Below, one piece after another: positions 41,120 through 54,919 of a stretch of DNA of 64,000 nucleotides (its first letter is position 1; each line of letters begins with the position of its first letter). The stretch is from positions 50,902,001-50,966,000 of the forward strand of contig OX597825.1 in assembly GCA_951406725.2 (NCBI GenBank), read 5' to 3'. Origin of the DNA: Octopus vulgaris. Taxonomy: Eukaryota. A program made the position numbers and the translations under genes. The notes beneath the pieces are model-generated. The model was not told where the DNA came from. It made no database searches and was given only the letters and a program-made list of their open reading frames with translations.

Positions 41120-42146
41120 CGGGCGCATTCATGTTCTTAGGTTATTACCCCTGGAACAGTACAGAACAAGCTTTCTATAGTAGAATTTGCCTAATTTGTC
41201 ACCTCTAAAGGAAACTAAAAAGTATTTAAAATTTAAATCGTACTGTACATAAATTATTGCAGCCGAGAATAACATTTTAAAATTTAAAATAGATTATAGT
41301 AGGTAAATCTGAGATAATTTATTTTACTTATTATGAGAATCTAAAAAACAAGTAAATCTTTAAAAACAAAGTATAAAAATAATCAAAAATAAATTTAAAC
41401 AAAGACTTTTTGAAAATCATGTCTTTTGAAATATACAATTAAAATAGTCATTTATTTCGTTGTATCAAGTACAAACAATAAAATAGGAACTTGTAAATGA
41501 TCCCATTACAATCCCATTACAAACAAAAACATTGATTGCAGATGAATGGTCATTCAAATCAACCATATGCTCAGTCAATTCCTCCAGATTAAAAAAAATT
41601 AATCTGACAAATAAATCATAAGTAAAATTTATTAGTTAGCATTAACACAATAGAATTAGTTTAATTCGTCTTTGGCTAATTCGTTACCTCACCTAATTCG
41701 TCACTTTCAATTTTCTCCTAAGGATGACTAATTAGGCGAATTCTACTGTATTTTTTAAATCTTAATTTTATTTTATTTCATTTCTAAAATACTGCTTTTT
41801 CCATGGGCTTAAATACACATTTAAATAATTTTTTAATGAAAATATTAAAAGCTACAGGGGCTATACATGAAAAGAGTTTCTGGATATAAGCCGACATGCT
41901 TCAAATCGGATTGGCTCATTTTTAGAAAAATCCAGGAATGGTTTTATAATTTTTGCTTTAATAGAATATAGTAAATTTTTGAAATGATATTCTCGGCTGC
42001 AATATTTTAAGTACAGTAGAATTTAAATTTTAAGTACTTTTTAGTTTCCTATAGAGGTGACAAATTCGGCAAATGCTACAGTAGAAATCTTGTTCTGTAC
42101 TTTTCCAGGTGTAACAACTTAAGAATATTAACATGCATGCGCCCGA
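41120..42146. mobile_element. ~170-bp inverted repeats (41120-41290 and 41970-42146) overlapping a pogo/Tigger-type MITE (41178-41748)
   Basis: tgtcacctcta.aggaaactaaaaagta / tactttttagtttcct.tagaggtgaca. MITE ends are TA|tagtagaatttgcctaatt and aattaggcgaattctactg|TA. Confidence 0.7.
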
Positions 42147-42150
42147 ATTT

Positions 42151-42185
<35 letters not shown>

Positions 42186-42496
42186 ATTGTTATAATACGG
42201 AGCAGCTTTCTCGAAAATTTCTATAGAGGAATAGAGGTTAGACACTCAGTTACTAATATTAGCTATCAGATACAACACCAATATACTCCACTGAACTTTT
42301 TAATAATTCCTTCTGGAAACTATCTTTAACATTTTCTTGAGAATGTATATTTATGTTGTAATCTTTTGTGCCCAATATTTTAAGGAACTTGTTAAACTTT
42401 TTAATGTCCTTAACATGTTCTTGTTACCAAAGACTGTATATATGTAATGTAGCATTTTGTAACAACCAATAATTAACGCAACCAAACTTTAACATG

Positions 42497-42541
42497 TTAC
42501 TTTTGACAATCTTTTTCCAAAGAGTGAAACCGGTAAAGTAA
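42497..42541 (+). ncRNA. Minimal hammerhead motif, U3-A8 variant
   Basis: TTACTT-TTGACAA-TCTTT(ttcc)AAAGA-gt-GAAA-CCGG-TA-AAGTAA, with a perfect 6-bp stem I. Confidence 0.7.
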
Positions 42542-42789
42542 ATAAACATCTTTTAAAATTGCATTTTCAAACCGTCTTTCGTATATAATTCCACTCATGC
42601 GGTACCCTACAACCCCACTTTGTATATATATATATATATTTAACTTCACAATATTTATTAAAATTTCCTTTAAGTTATAACAATTAATTACGAAGAAACA
42701 GAAAATGAAACATAAAGAAAAACAAGAAAATAAAATAAGGGTTCAAGCAGCAGAAGATGGGGGGTGGGTGGGTAATGTGAAACGTCTCC

Positions 42790-43020
42790 CAGGACAAATG
42801 GTGTGCTCAGCCGCGCCCTACGGTAATAAACACGATGGTGTTGCCGCTGCGAATGGCCAGTGACATTCGCTGCAGTAGCCACTTCACTTCGTGGGCCTCA
42901 TTTTTCAGACATGGTGCTGTAATCCCGATTTTATGGAGCGAATCAGTAGTACAGAACCTGAGAACATATGTCGTCACGACGGCGACCGTCACAAATTGAT
43001 AGCGGCCGGTCACAACCCTG
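42790..43020 (-). mobile_element. CRE-like non-LTR retrotransposon, C-terminal remnant
   Basis: YQFVTVAVVT...EVKWLLQRMSLAIRSGN resembles the F.P.AVET...QR.S.AIQRGNA terminus. Confidence 0.55.
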
Positions 43021-44639
43021 TATTTATTGATTTATCTCTCCTCTGCGTTATAAGTGTTAACACCCAGTTTTGCGAGACATTATATAATGTACATCTATAT
43101 CCTATGAACAGATATACTTTAAATATATAATTTAGACAACATTAATTATATGATATTGCCTAGATGACAACCATAAAATATATATGAAATATCTTGATTT
43201 ACTAATCGTTACGATGACCATTCACCTTTTCAATATTTACTGAAAACTCCCGAGTACAATTTATAATATATCACTAATAAAAGAGAACGTCCATATCTCT
43301 AAAACGTGTGCATAATTCAGAGAATGTTCTCGTACATTTTTTACTCCAATATTTGAGAATATTTTAATTTTTACAAAACCATGCTTTCTTTTCTTGTCTA
43401 TCACAGAACATTTTGCACATTACTAATCTCTTTGGCAGAATTGATCCTACAACACAACTCTACTACATCGGTTCTTGAATTTTCAAAATTATAGGCCTTG
43501 AGTGTTGTTTTAAATTTTAAACGCAACAAGGTTTTATCTCGTAATTGCATGGCTATTCTGAGCTCATCGTAGTTTTACAGCTCACTGTATTACATATGTA
43601 AGCGCATTTGTGTTTAATATGCAAAACACTCTGCTGCGGTTGTGGATCACGTGAAGCAGAAGCAAATTACAGATACTGAAAGCATCGGTTGACATCTCGA
43701 ACGTGTCTGTAGGCCATGACATATTCAAATTTGATGAAATGAATGAACAAACAAGATTTATATATTAAACTGTATTACCAGAAACAGAGTTTGACAAGGC
43801 TATGACCAGAAACACACAGGCACTAAGTAGCGTTGATAAGTACACTTATCTCAGAAGCCTGATAATACCAGGTTAAATACTGAGACCATTTGTTTAAGCA
43901 AAATCTTCTAATCAAATGTAAGGTTTAATTTCTCTCACTTACAGATGAGTGAATGAGCGGCAGAACATATACATACATAGCTCTATCTAGACAGATGATT
44001 GCCGTTGTCAATGACGTTTCTGAATTTCCACCTGTGACTTTTCTGATGATTTGCAGTCCTGTTGCAGAAGCATAAGTGGCTAACAAATGTTGTTACTGTG
44101 TAAGTTGTAGCTTCCATTTGGTTAGGTTTGCATGCGTCGCAATCTTCCATCGCCATAAAACTTGCAGTAGATGGAATGGCAAATAAAATCATGATAAAGA
44201 CATATCTGTTCGCCATTTGAATATAGTGATAAATGTTTGTACAACATGAGTACCACTCTCTATCTCAGTGATGAGTACCTAGTGACAGCCCGAAGCAAGA
44301 TGACTAGTAACCACGCGAAACAATAAGTTTTACGTCAGAGTCTCCCTCCGCTTCAATAATGCTGTAACAATAGCTAGGGGTTCCTCACTCTCGGTGGTTT
44401 TACTGTGTGACCTTACATCCATCAAGTGTATTTCTGCGTCCTTGCACTCAGATGGATTGTCATCATATAAGATAGTTAATCCACAACTGGGACCCTGACA
44501 GGTGTTACAATTCCAGGTCAGAGTAGACCTTGGAACAATAGTGGCTCAAGAGCCTGGAACTCCCAAACAAATACCGGAAGCAGTTTACAGTCATACACAG
44601 ATATAAATACATGCATACATACATATATACATACAAACA

Positions 44640-44770
44640 TATATACATACATACAATCATATATACATACATATATACATACATATATACATACAGATAT
44701 ATATATATACATACATACATACATACATACATACATACATACATACATACATACATACATACATACATAC
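44640..44770. repeat. (CATA)n microsatellite
   Basis: Direct reading. Confidence 0.9.
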
Positions 44771-45960
44771 TGTGAATAAAGATAGAGTGACCCCAGATTA
44801 TTAGACCAGACTTAGGAAAATATGGTTGTCGGAACTCTCATCTTACAACAAAACAATATCCCATAATGCATTTGCAGTGCCAGTGCTGACTCCAACATTT
44901 AGGATACTTGATTGCTCTATAGAGGAAATCCACCCATAAATATCAAGACTTTCTTTTATGCTCAGCCTAAAAAGAAATGAAGGTAGTAGGGACCTGAGAT
45001 CAGTGCAGACGGCCTTCGAATGCCGCATGCTATCACTCAGGCAGCACCTGCTGAACAGTAGCAACAAAAATAAATATATAAATGCAGTGCTGAAAGGTGA
45101 AGTGAGCAACATTGTACGTGTTGGCAGTGAGATCCTCAAGAAGCACTTTCTTCCTGATTATGTCTTATACATCCCCGAAATAGCTGGGCTCTTTTACCTC
45201 AGAGAAGACCTGGATGTAAACCCTCAGCATACATATAAAAATAGACTATGCATAGGTATGTTGCCCGAAAGCTTGAAGAAGACAGTAGAATTGACATGAA
45301 GCGCAGACTCTCTTGGACACAAACCACTGCATCACATACTTTGAAGGCTATGCATTTGCAATTGAGAAACAAGAGATTTCCACTAAGTACCTGGTGAACA
45401 AGAGATCAGTGACGCTCTTGTAATCTCAAGGTGCATCAGCATGTGTAGGCTATGTCGTGTTTATGTGGAAGACTTCACGCATGTGATTAGCAGCTGTCCT
45501 AAAATGTCGTCACAGTAATACCTCACTATGCGCGACGGTATTGTTGCTAAAACAATTAAATATGCCATCCGCGAAAAAAACAGTCCTGAAATAAACTTAG
45601 AAAATCCATCTGTTATGAAATGCATTCGTAAACACCAACACATGGAATACTAGTGGAATATTCCCATCAAAACCTCTGTCAAATGTAAGCCTAACAGGCC
45701 AGATATTGCTGTTTGGGACAGAGGGGCAAAGGTATGTACCGTAATAGAAGTCAGCTGCGCTGCAGATATAAATATCTCTTTGAAAATCAAAGAAAAAGAG
45801 GAATATGTGGTTTGTTAGTAAATGCTTAAAGGAGAATCTGGATAAACTGGGATTTTCAGAAAGAGAAATTGTCCGGCTACTTCGTACATTACAAGTGCAT
45901 TCTGTGAGTGGAACAGTAAAAATATGCAAGATTTTTCACAAGTTCCAAATGTGAATTTGT
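44770..45960 (+). mobile_element. R4/Dong-like LINE 3' part, decayed and internally deleted
   Basis: RNEGSRDL, FEGYAFAIEKQEISTKYL, CRLCRVYVEDFTHVISSCP, NRPDI and IEVSC. Confidence 0.8.
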
Positions 45961-47659
45961 CTGTGTTAACTGCATCCCAAAGATGGAACCTTGTATCTGC
46001 GTTGGAAACCGGCTCCCTCCTCAGTGGAAGATTTATAATAATTAAAAAATAGAAGAAACATATATACAATGAACTCAACCGGCTAACACACGCATTACAA
46101 GTGCAATATGTATATGGACATATGTATATGTGTGTGTAGGCAAGTTTATAGTTTATTGAAAATGAACGTTTATGTCGGATGACATGATTTTATCGTTACG
46201 ATTCCTAATGAAATTGAAGTTTCTGAACAGTTATGTTCAGATCCTAGTTGCAACAATTTCACTTTCTTTTATGAAATATGATTGCATCATCAAACCTTGG
46301 AATGGATTTAATTTAAATGCTGATGTAATGAGCGTTGCGTGTAAGAAATTATCAATAGTAAGATAGAAGTTCAGTTCAAGAAATTAAAAATAACTTTCAC
46401 AAATTTATAGAAACACATAGAGAAATGACAGCTGGATTTTCTTTACAGGCTAGAGACCACTATGGACATATGCTTCGGTATATAATCTCGTCTACATATA
46501 GAAGAGTTGCGTGCATTGTTGGCCAAGAGCAAATCGTAAAGATAGCAAATAGCTGAGAAATATAAAGGAAAAAGTAAATGTCATGTATATGAATAATTAA
46601 GTTAAACAGTGATGTGCTGATTACTGTAGCTATTATATGCTTAATTTATAGAAGTCATTCTGTTAGTGAAAAGATAAATAAAAAAAAAAATTAGCGGCTC
46701 CTAAGCGGCCACACGATCTCGTAGAAAAATCAGAAAAAAAAAGACTCTGGATTAGGTAGTTCTACAAGTTGCTAATATGCAGGATAGTCACAGTAGGAAT
46801 GAATTTTGGCCATTTGAATCATGACTGAACTGGCGCTTATCATCATCGCCATTCATCACCTTCTCTACTTCCTGTCCCTGCTCCTCCTCCCCTCCATCTC
46901 CTCCCATCCTCCTCATCCTCCTCCTCCTCATCATCATCAGTGATATATCGTTCATCCCGTCTGATGCGTGAAGTTTTATTCTCAACTCTTCTAAACATGA
47001 AACCAAACATTTACTGTAATCAAAGTAGAGAGTTATTAGAAATAGTTTGGCCGCTATTTCTGGCATATGTATCAACAACATAGAACCTATACGTTGGCTA
47101 TGTAACTTATAGTCGAAGATGATTTAACTTTGAAAGTATTCAGAGGAACGCAACAAAGACAGCACACAGAAGATTATATCATTAACCAAACAAGCAAGAG
47201 GACATCTATCACAATTGCTTACAATTTTCGAGCTCTGACAGAGACAGTAGTCAAATGTAGTTCTGGTAGTTATGTTAGTTAATAATATTGTCTATGGCTG
47301 TTAGTACAGCATAAAATGGTTAGCAATGCAGAACATATTTAAACATTAACCATTTCCATTGTAAAATATCCTCTTTTGTTTCCATTTCTAAGCATTCAGC
47401 TAATATCGGGTCAAATACTTGAGTACGTAAACAAAAAGCAAGTAACTCACATATTTATTGTGGCACTATCTCTGCCTATCTTTTAACCTTTCACATTAAC
47501 TTTACCTGGATAATTACATGCGCAAAATACTTTATATAACATTACTGTTCCTTCCTTTGCGAATTTTACCATACATTGGTTCGATTATTTAACCGAACGA
47601 CAAATAAGCTACACATTGGTAGTAGCCATATATGTGCCAATATGGAAACTTTTTTTAAA

Positions 47660-47862
47660 GACGGGCAGTTAGCACGCCGGGAAAAATTCTCAATGAAATT
47701 TCATCCGTCTTTACGTTCTGCGTTCGAATCCCTCTAAGGTCGAATTCGTCTTTCTTCATTTTACAGTCGATAAAATAAGTATCAGTGGAATACTGGGGTC
47801 GATATAATTGACTTGACCTCTATTGCCGAAATTACCGGCTTGTGCCTACATTTGAAACCAAT
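47660..47862 (+). mobile_element. tRNA-derived SINE
   Basis: Same family as 19137 (gtcgataaaataagta..ctggggtcgat..tttgaaacc). Confidence 0.75.
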
Positions 47863-48502
47863 AATTTAAATCTCTTTATTACCTTTACTATATAAATACA
47901 TTCACTAGTGGCTTTAACATTGCAGTTACTTCCTCAGTTAAATTTACCGAATTATTTTTACTGTTGTGTGATTTATGCAATTCCATTTTCTGCTGTCATC
48001 ACTTAATTTTTTTTTACCTCGAATGAAAGTATTATTTCTAGATTTTCTAGCAAGATACATCATCCTATTCACGTTTATTCTGGCTTTTACCTGTCTTTAC
48101 CGTATGAAGTGGCTTATTATTAGCATGTACTTGTCACCTAGTAGAAAGCATTGACTTCTGATGAGAGAATTCTGTATCGGTGGAAATTTTAGATAGCATT
48201 CCTGCTCTCTAGGAGCTCTGTCATATATTTTCTACAACTTCTATACTCTCAGTTTTACCGTTCTTTCAGTTCCCTTGCACACGTCTATGATGTTTGTAAT
48301 CTATACTCTTAGTGGCCTCTCACCCACTGCTCTTCGAACAATAATCAAGGAATTTGAATTGGAAGAATCTTTTGAGAATTAGAATAATACTCTGCGGTAT
48401 TTGTTACGGCTGTTTATCTTTTAAGTTCAAATGGCACCAACGTCAGCTTTGCCTTTCATTCATCCGGCGATCGATTAAAGGAACACCGGTTAAGTACCGC
48501 GT

Positions 48503-48680
48503 CGGTGAGCTGGCAGAATCGTTAGAATGCCGGGCGAAATGCTTAGCGGTATTTCGTCTGCCGCTACGTTCTGAGTTCAAAGTCTGCTGAGGTCAACTTT
48601 GCCTTTCATCCTTTTGGGGTCGATAAATTAAGTACCAGTCAAGTACTGGGGGCGTTGTGATGGACTTACTCCTCCCCTTA
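48503..48680 (+). mobile_element. tRNA-derived SINE, preceded by an older partial copy at ~48390-48495
   Basis: cggtgagctggcagaatcgttag..gagttcaaa..gcctttcatccttttggggtcgataaattaagtaccag. Confidence 0.85.
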
Positions 48681-49188
48681 TGTTTATTGCGTGCTTTCAA
48701 TGCATTACCGAGAAGATGTCTTTAAGCTTTGTGTATGTGCTTTGTTTTGTTGTTTCTGTTCTATTAAACGTATACAGCACAATATGGTTGCAGCGCCTAA
48801 CAGCATTGTTTTCTGTATGTTGTGTATATTTGGAGCTCTTGCTGTTTGGGTTATCTATGTGCTTTCATGTTTTGCTTATTTTTATCTTTACCACAGTTTC
48901 CATTATTTTAGGCGGTGTTTCTGTTATACATTTCTACATCAAATTATCTATAACCAGGTCTTTATATTTGGAATATTTCTCCGATTCTTTGACACTGCAT
49001 CTGCTTCTGCGGGTTCATGACAGCAAATAGTTGCGGGTTATTCTTGGTCTTCTCCACTGTATATCTTTTTATTAATGACCTCTACGGACACCGTATTTCG
49101 CTATGCAGACGTAACATACTATAAAGTGTATTAAACGTTTTTATAAATCAATACTATGTTCTATTGTGCTAGCATTGTTATTACATCA

Positions 49189-49586
49189 CTTGTTAAGGTT
49201 ATCTCAACAGATATCCTATAGATAGTATAGCCAGCACTGATTTTTATTACGATGTCTCGTATCCAGATACCAACAATGAGATCGAAGACGAAAATTGGGT
49301 AATGGGCATATATGCCAAATTTTAGATTTTGTTCCTTCATCAAATAACGTTACAAGGCTATATTTAGAGGCTATTTAAGCAATGTGTTCGTTGATGATTA
49401 ATGGGTTGGATGGTCGCTGATGAAGGAGCAAAACTCCTGAAATATGGCATATACGCCAATTATCAATTTTTCATCTTAGATTCCATTGTTGCTGTTTAAA
49501 TCTAGCGTCTCGGATACGAAATGTTGTAACAAAATCTGTACTGCCTATAATTTCTATAGAAAATTTGTAGTGATAACTTTAACAAG
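49189..49586. mobile_element. Inverted pair of PLE pLTR-like arms, each carrying a hammerhead
   Basis: 49189-49343 is the diverged reverse complement of 49417-49586, with a ~70-bp spacer. Confidence 0.8.
49411..49458 (+). ncRNA. Type I hammerhead ribozyme
   Basis: tgg(t)cg-CTGATGA-AGGAG(caaaa)CTCCT-GAAA-TATG(g)CATA-TA-cgcca. Predicted cleavage is after AUA at 49453. Confidence 0.85.
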
Positions 49587-51573
49587 CATTGTTGTTTTGT
49601 TTTCATAAAGATATATTGTGGTCTATGGCTGTACTTCCTTTTTTCCTGTTAGTATTTCAAACTGCTAGCATAGCTTCCAGTCGCAAATCTAGCATGATGC
49701 TGTTTTCTTGGCTGACACGTGAAAGCTAGACTGAATATGGCGAATTGTGTCCTCTTAAATTCCTTATGTTCTCCAGTTATTTGCAGTACATTGCTTCACT
49801 ACAAATGATATTGCATTTTAATGTAGAGGCTTTGGTGTTCAATCAAAACTTTCTAGGTATCGTCTTTCAGTTACGCGCTTCGCAGCCAGTATCTCCAGTT
49901 TTCTTTACGTGAACACTACATTTAAAGATAATAGCCATGTAAGGGTTTTCCTCGTATTTGCCTAATCCAGACGTTCTGTAAGCTACTTCAGTTTTAGTTT
50001 CGATGATCTATTTCGCAATTTCTATCGCTTCTCTTTTTTCTTCATAACTCTCTATCATTGCAGCTTCTATTTATGCATTTGTTGGCTTCCTTGAAGACAA
50101 AATTTAGTCATTTGTTTTGCTCGTGGTTCGTAGCTGTTTGCATTAATTTTCTAGAATTCCTTTCTAGATATTTTTAGTTTCACAGTAGATATTTTATTAA
50201 AAGTTTAACATAAGGCCACTACTCCCCTGTATTCATAGTAAATATAGCCTTTTTATATCAGGCTTTGCTTATTGTATTCTAAATGTAGGCAGTTTTACTA
50301 TTTTATTCATTATCATTAGTTCAACTTTTTATAACTATAATATATTACTGAAAGAGAGAAAGAAAGGGAGAGAGAAAGAGAGGGAGAAAGAGAGAAAGAG
50401 CTCACTGATTATTACCACATGTTCGCTTTTATATTTAATCGAATGCGTTTATAGCATTCCATTCTAATCCTTCTTTTATATCTCTGCTTTGTTCACAGTC
50501 TAATTCAGTGATGTCTAAATACTTGTATGTTCGTGTTTGGTTGAATATCCTAACAGTTCTTTCTTATCTAGTATCATATCATGTTTTGTTGTTTGTAAGG
50601 TTGCATTAGCATATTTTTCATATCTGAAATTCATATCAATATATGATGTAGCTGATATATCCATGCATTAATTGTAGCAGCGTTTCTAGTTGTTTATTAC
50701 ATGAAAGACACAACTTGAAAAAGTTGATCATTTTAAAACGCCATTTGTATTGGAGTTCATTCCTGCCATAGCGGTTAAAGACTTTAGTAGCAGCAGCATG
50801 ATGTAAAAGCCGTGTCGGCTGTCTTTTGTTTACGCTTTTTCATTGGTCAATTTTACTGTTCATACACCTATTCTAGTATCCGTGAATATGTTCTTTTTAA
50901 TGTAGAAAGGTGCCTAAAATCGGATTTACGGCAGTTATATTAACCCAGATTTTTGGGAAATTATCTAGTAACACTTAGCTGCCACTCGGAACCTTGTCAC
51001 TCATTTCTGCATTGCTATTTTGCAGTGTTCATTCTTCATGACCTTATGTTATGCTACTCTCAACCTGTTAGTGCAGATTAAAGAACTATCTACGTAAATT
51101 ATCCTATCGTCATTCTCGCGACAGATGCTTTTTAAAATGTTTCACGATAAAATACAGTCAACTCCGTATGATGAAACTAAATAACATTTTCAGAATAAAT
51201 ATGATATCTTAAATTTACTTCCACAGATAGTTTAATCTTGCTATCGAATACACTTTCTTATCCTATTTAAACTGTCATATAACCGTGCTAGTGAAATTAC
51301 GGTTTTCTTCTGAACGCTGCTAAGAGTGTATATTACATATATGCGTTCTGCATATACCTCCAAACTACTCGCAAGTAGGTCATTAAGACACAGCGACGTT
51401 TAATTATATGTATATACATTATATGTATACCTGATTATACTCAAATCTATATGAACGATTATAATCTGTAACCTTTCAAAACGCAGCCAAACGTAAAGTT
51501 TATGACTGATGACATATATATATGATGACATGGAATGGAGAGAGAGACTACTTCTGGAATATTCCTTTAATAT

Positions 51574-52519
51574 TGTTATGAACGAATAAGATTATATTCA
51601 GATAATTTTCTCTGGTTTTGCAAGCGAAGACGAAAAAAAATATTCTTTGTAATCACGTGACTATTTAAAGCGTAGGTGGTATGATTTTGTCCGCTTTTAC
51701 GGTGTGTGTGAACTATAAAGGCTACTATTGCTCACGTGGCGAGTTAGTTTTGTGCCGGGAGCTGAGAGAAGCGGTTGTTCAGAGTCAACTGGAAGACGAT
51801 GTGCGCCATTGACGTGTGATGTGCCGGGAAGTCGACGTGAGAGGTTTACGTAAATTGATGTTTCGAGGTCCATGGCATGCGGTCGATGTGTGAATCGATG
51901 CCGGGCAATTCGTGTTGAACATTTGACATAGTACTTGGTGTCAGAAGTGGGATATGTCAGTGGTTAATGGGAACAGTGGCATTTTCTGCTGCGAGGAGAA
52001 CAGTTATAGGTCGGTTCGATGCGACGGTGAATGAGTCGAGTCAAAGCGAACAGCGGTGTCGTAAGGTGGAAGGTTTCAAACTTGCTGCGAAAATAGTGTG
52101 AACTTGGCAACGTAAAGAATGCGTAATGGTACCGTGAATTCGGAAGTAACAACAGAGTCCAGTTGGGGAAAAAAGAGATAAAAAGAGGAGATAGAAAATA
52201 AATCATTTGTCTGGTGAATAAAAAAAAAGTCATCAAAAGAAGTCTACATATTTCAGAGGTAAGCGAAAGAACTCTCTAAAACTCTCTAGATAACTGCTTA
52301 TTTATTCCATAATTGCTATTGGCCTCTTAATTAAAGTTCTTTTATTTTGGTTATACTCAACTGTGTTATATGTTATTGCAACTCTTCTGACTTCTTTGAC
52401 TACTGCTTCTTCCATTCTAAGCGAGCTGATTTGCTGAGCTCACCTACACGGACTTCTGAGCTATCGGACACAGACTGTAATATTGTAGGTGGATTCGAGA
52501 GGCCGTGTACGGCGTAACA
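51574..52519 (+). mobile_element. Solo LTR (Gypsy-like)
   Basis: TGTTA...TAACA termini with a 4-bp ATAT duplication (51570-51573 and 52520-52523). It has TATA-like tatttaaa/tataaa and an ATTAAA signal. Confidence 0.75.
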
Positions 52520-52751
52520 ATATAGATAAGTTTAGGCGTCATAATTTTCTCTTTTGTCTGCATCTGCAAAATTATTTATCATTTACTTACGGCATGTTCC
52601 ATGTATATTCTTCTTACTGGTGCTATTTTAGTTGTGACTAGTGTTTTCAGTATCTATATATAAGGAATGATAATGATCCTAAAATTAAGAGCAGCAATAT
52701 AAATAAAACACTAATAACAATTGCAACAAGAATAACATCAACAACAATAAG

Positions 52752-52779
52752 TTGTTGTTGTTGTTGTTGTTCTTCTTCT

Positions 52780-52811
<32 letters not shown>

Positions 52812-52872
52812 TTCTTCTTCTTCTTCTTCTTCTTCTACTTGTTCTTCTTTTTCTTCTTCTTCTTCTTCTTCT
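52752..52872. repeat. (GTT)n(CTT)n compound microsatellite
   Basis: Direct reading. Confidence 0.95.
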
Positions 52873-53019
52873 TAGTTGTGGTAGCAGTAGTAGTATCGGT
52901 GGTGCTAGTAAGGGTAATAGCAATAGCAGCATTAGTGGTAGTCATTTTAAAGGAAATCACATTCATCATTCTATGACAGCATCGCTCGATTGGTACAGGG
53001 CAATGAGCGTCAGATGATA

Positions 53020-53900
53020 TTTCTCGCACTGGGCACCTGGCACCTAGAATGCTCTCAGGTGTACGCCGACCACTACCAGTCAGGCACTTTGATCGGTGGG
53101 AGCTCTAAGTTAGCAATATATAGAGATCTAGAGTGAATAAGAGTTATGTCGATCTCGGGAAAATTAGGGGTGCCGAGGAAAGGGAAGTAGCTCGTCTCTT
53201 TCAGAGGACATTCGGGCTAGGAATTACGACAGTTGACTTTCAGCCATTCATGGCCTGTCAGTGCTACCGAAGAGCACTGGAGGTTCAGGATAAATTCTAC
53301 AAGTTTGGAAGTACTGCCAATGGATACTACTCAGGAAGCTTACGCAGTAAAACTGTACTGCATGCACCTCGTGTCCGAACATTTTCTGATTTGTGGATTT
53401 ATATTAAACAACTGTTGTCGCGTGTAGGACGAATCCAACAATCGGTCGAGTGCATGGTGAGGTTCATTCCATTACTCAACTTTAATGAGGCAGGGCAGGC
53501 TAGTTCTGCGGCCAAATGGCTATGCCAGAAAAGCTTGTGCAGAGCACGAGTGTCAACGGATTGAGAATAAACACTTTCCGCTTGGTCCAAGGCCTCATAT
53601 TGGAAGCTCCTCCAGCAAAGGAAAGTGAGAGTCGAAAGGAAAGTGCTCTCTCCCTGCGAATTTGTCAGAGGTAGGTGACACTGACCAAAATGGTTATGGT
53701 GAATTGGTGACTCTAGGCATGCGCTTGAAAATTAGAGATCAACGGCTGGGTGACAGGTTGCTGGATCTGAGCTGTCCTTTGATAGGTTGTAGTTGGAAAT
53801 TCCCCTGTGTCAGGAGGACAGCATCATATTTTGTATACTATATTTATATTTACTTTTATTTGGTTTCAGCCGCTTTCTTTTATTTAACCCCGCACACAAA
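53020..53900 (+). mobile_element. Tx1/L1-like LINE ORF2 C-terminal remnant with 3' UTR
   Basis: FQPFMACQCYRRALEVQDKFYKFG...KTVLHA...DLWIYIKQLLSRVGR resembles the post-RT zinc-knuckle region. Confidence 0.6.
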
Positions 53901-53954
53901 TTGTAAAAACTAACCTTGTAATGTCCCCATCATTTAGTATTCCCTTGGCAAACA

Positions 53955-54032
53955 AAATAAATAATAATAATAATGATATGATGATGGCGATGATAATGAT
54001 GCTGATGATGGTGATTATTATTATTATTATTA

Positions 54033-54116
<84 letters not shown>
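53955..54116. repeat. (ATG)n/(ATT)n microsatellite
   Basis: Direct reading. Confidence 0.95.
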
Positions 54117-54117
<1 letters not shown>

Positions 54118-54257
54118 ACTATCTATTCTTTCCCTCATTATCTAGGTAGAAATCGTAGAACCATAAGAACAGCTCATGCCTGAATCTCGGATAAACACCC
54201 CCACCCCATCCGAGAGAGAGGAGGAGTGTGTTTGAAAGAGAGAAAGAGGAAGAAAAC

Positions 54258-54298
<41 letters not shown>

Positions 54299-54871
54299 AG
54301 TCGATGCCCATACGTGAGGGGGTATCGGAAGCTAGCTGTGCTACTAATATCAACGACACGCCAGGCAGAACATAGAACGCAGTATGAGGTCTTATATGAA
54401 TTATGGCGAATAGAATGAGATACAGTTATATCTTGGTAGACAATATCAATGTTTTCTAATTTTCGTTTTTTTCCCTTTTATTTAGGATTAAGGTTTCAGG
54501 ATTATGTATAATTATCAGTCAATATGTGCGTGCGCATGCACTTTTGGATGCATTCATATAAGTAACGTATGTATGTGATACACTACATGCATATATATCT
54601 CCACTGTGTAAATGAGTGTGTATGTGAGTATGATTATGTGTATATCACCGGAAGGCTCCGGAATGGTGCGCCTTACAGGGAAACGGACTTGAGTTTCGAA
54701 ATCTGTGTCCCAAGGAGAAGGGTTTGGGTCATAATAATCAAAAAATATAATTTTCTACGAGAAATAACCCAACTTCTTTAGAAGCTGTCATCATAAATTC
54801 ATGATTTGCAGAATGTGTGTCTATGTTTGTATAGATGCGTGTATGTGTTGCGTTTTATAACTGTCAGCGTG

Positions 54872-54919
<48 letters not shown>

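Larger units (their letters stand above)
48680..51250 (-). mobile_element. Old R4/Dong-like LINE remnant, interrupted
   Basis: PNIHNIQKTMLLGAATI near 48785-48830 parallels IQKIALLGTAHIL. Weaker RT-like traces lie upstream, so the extent is uncertain. Confidence 0.45.
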
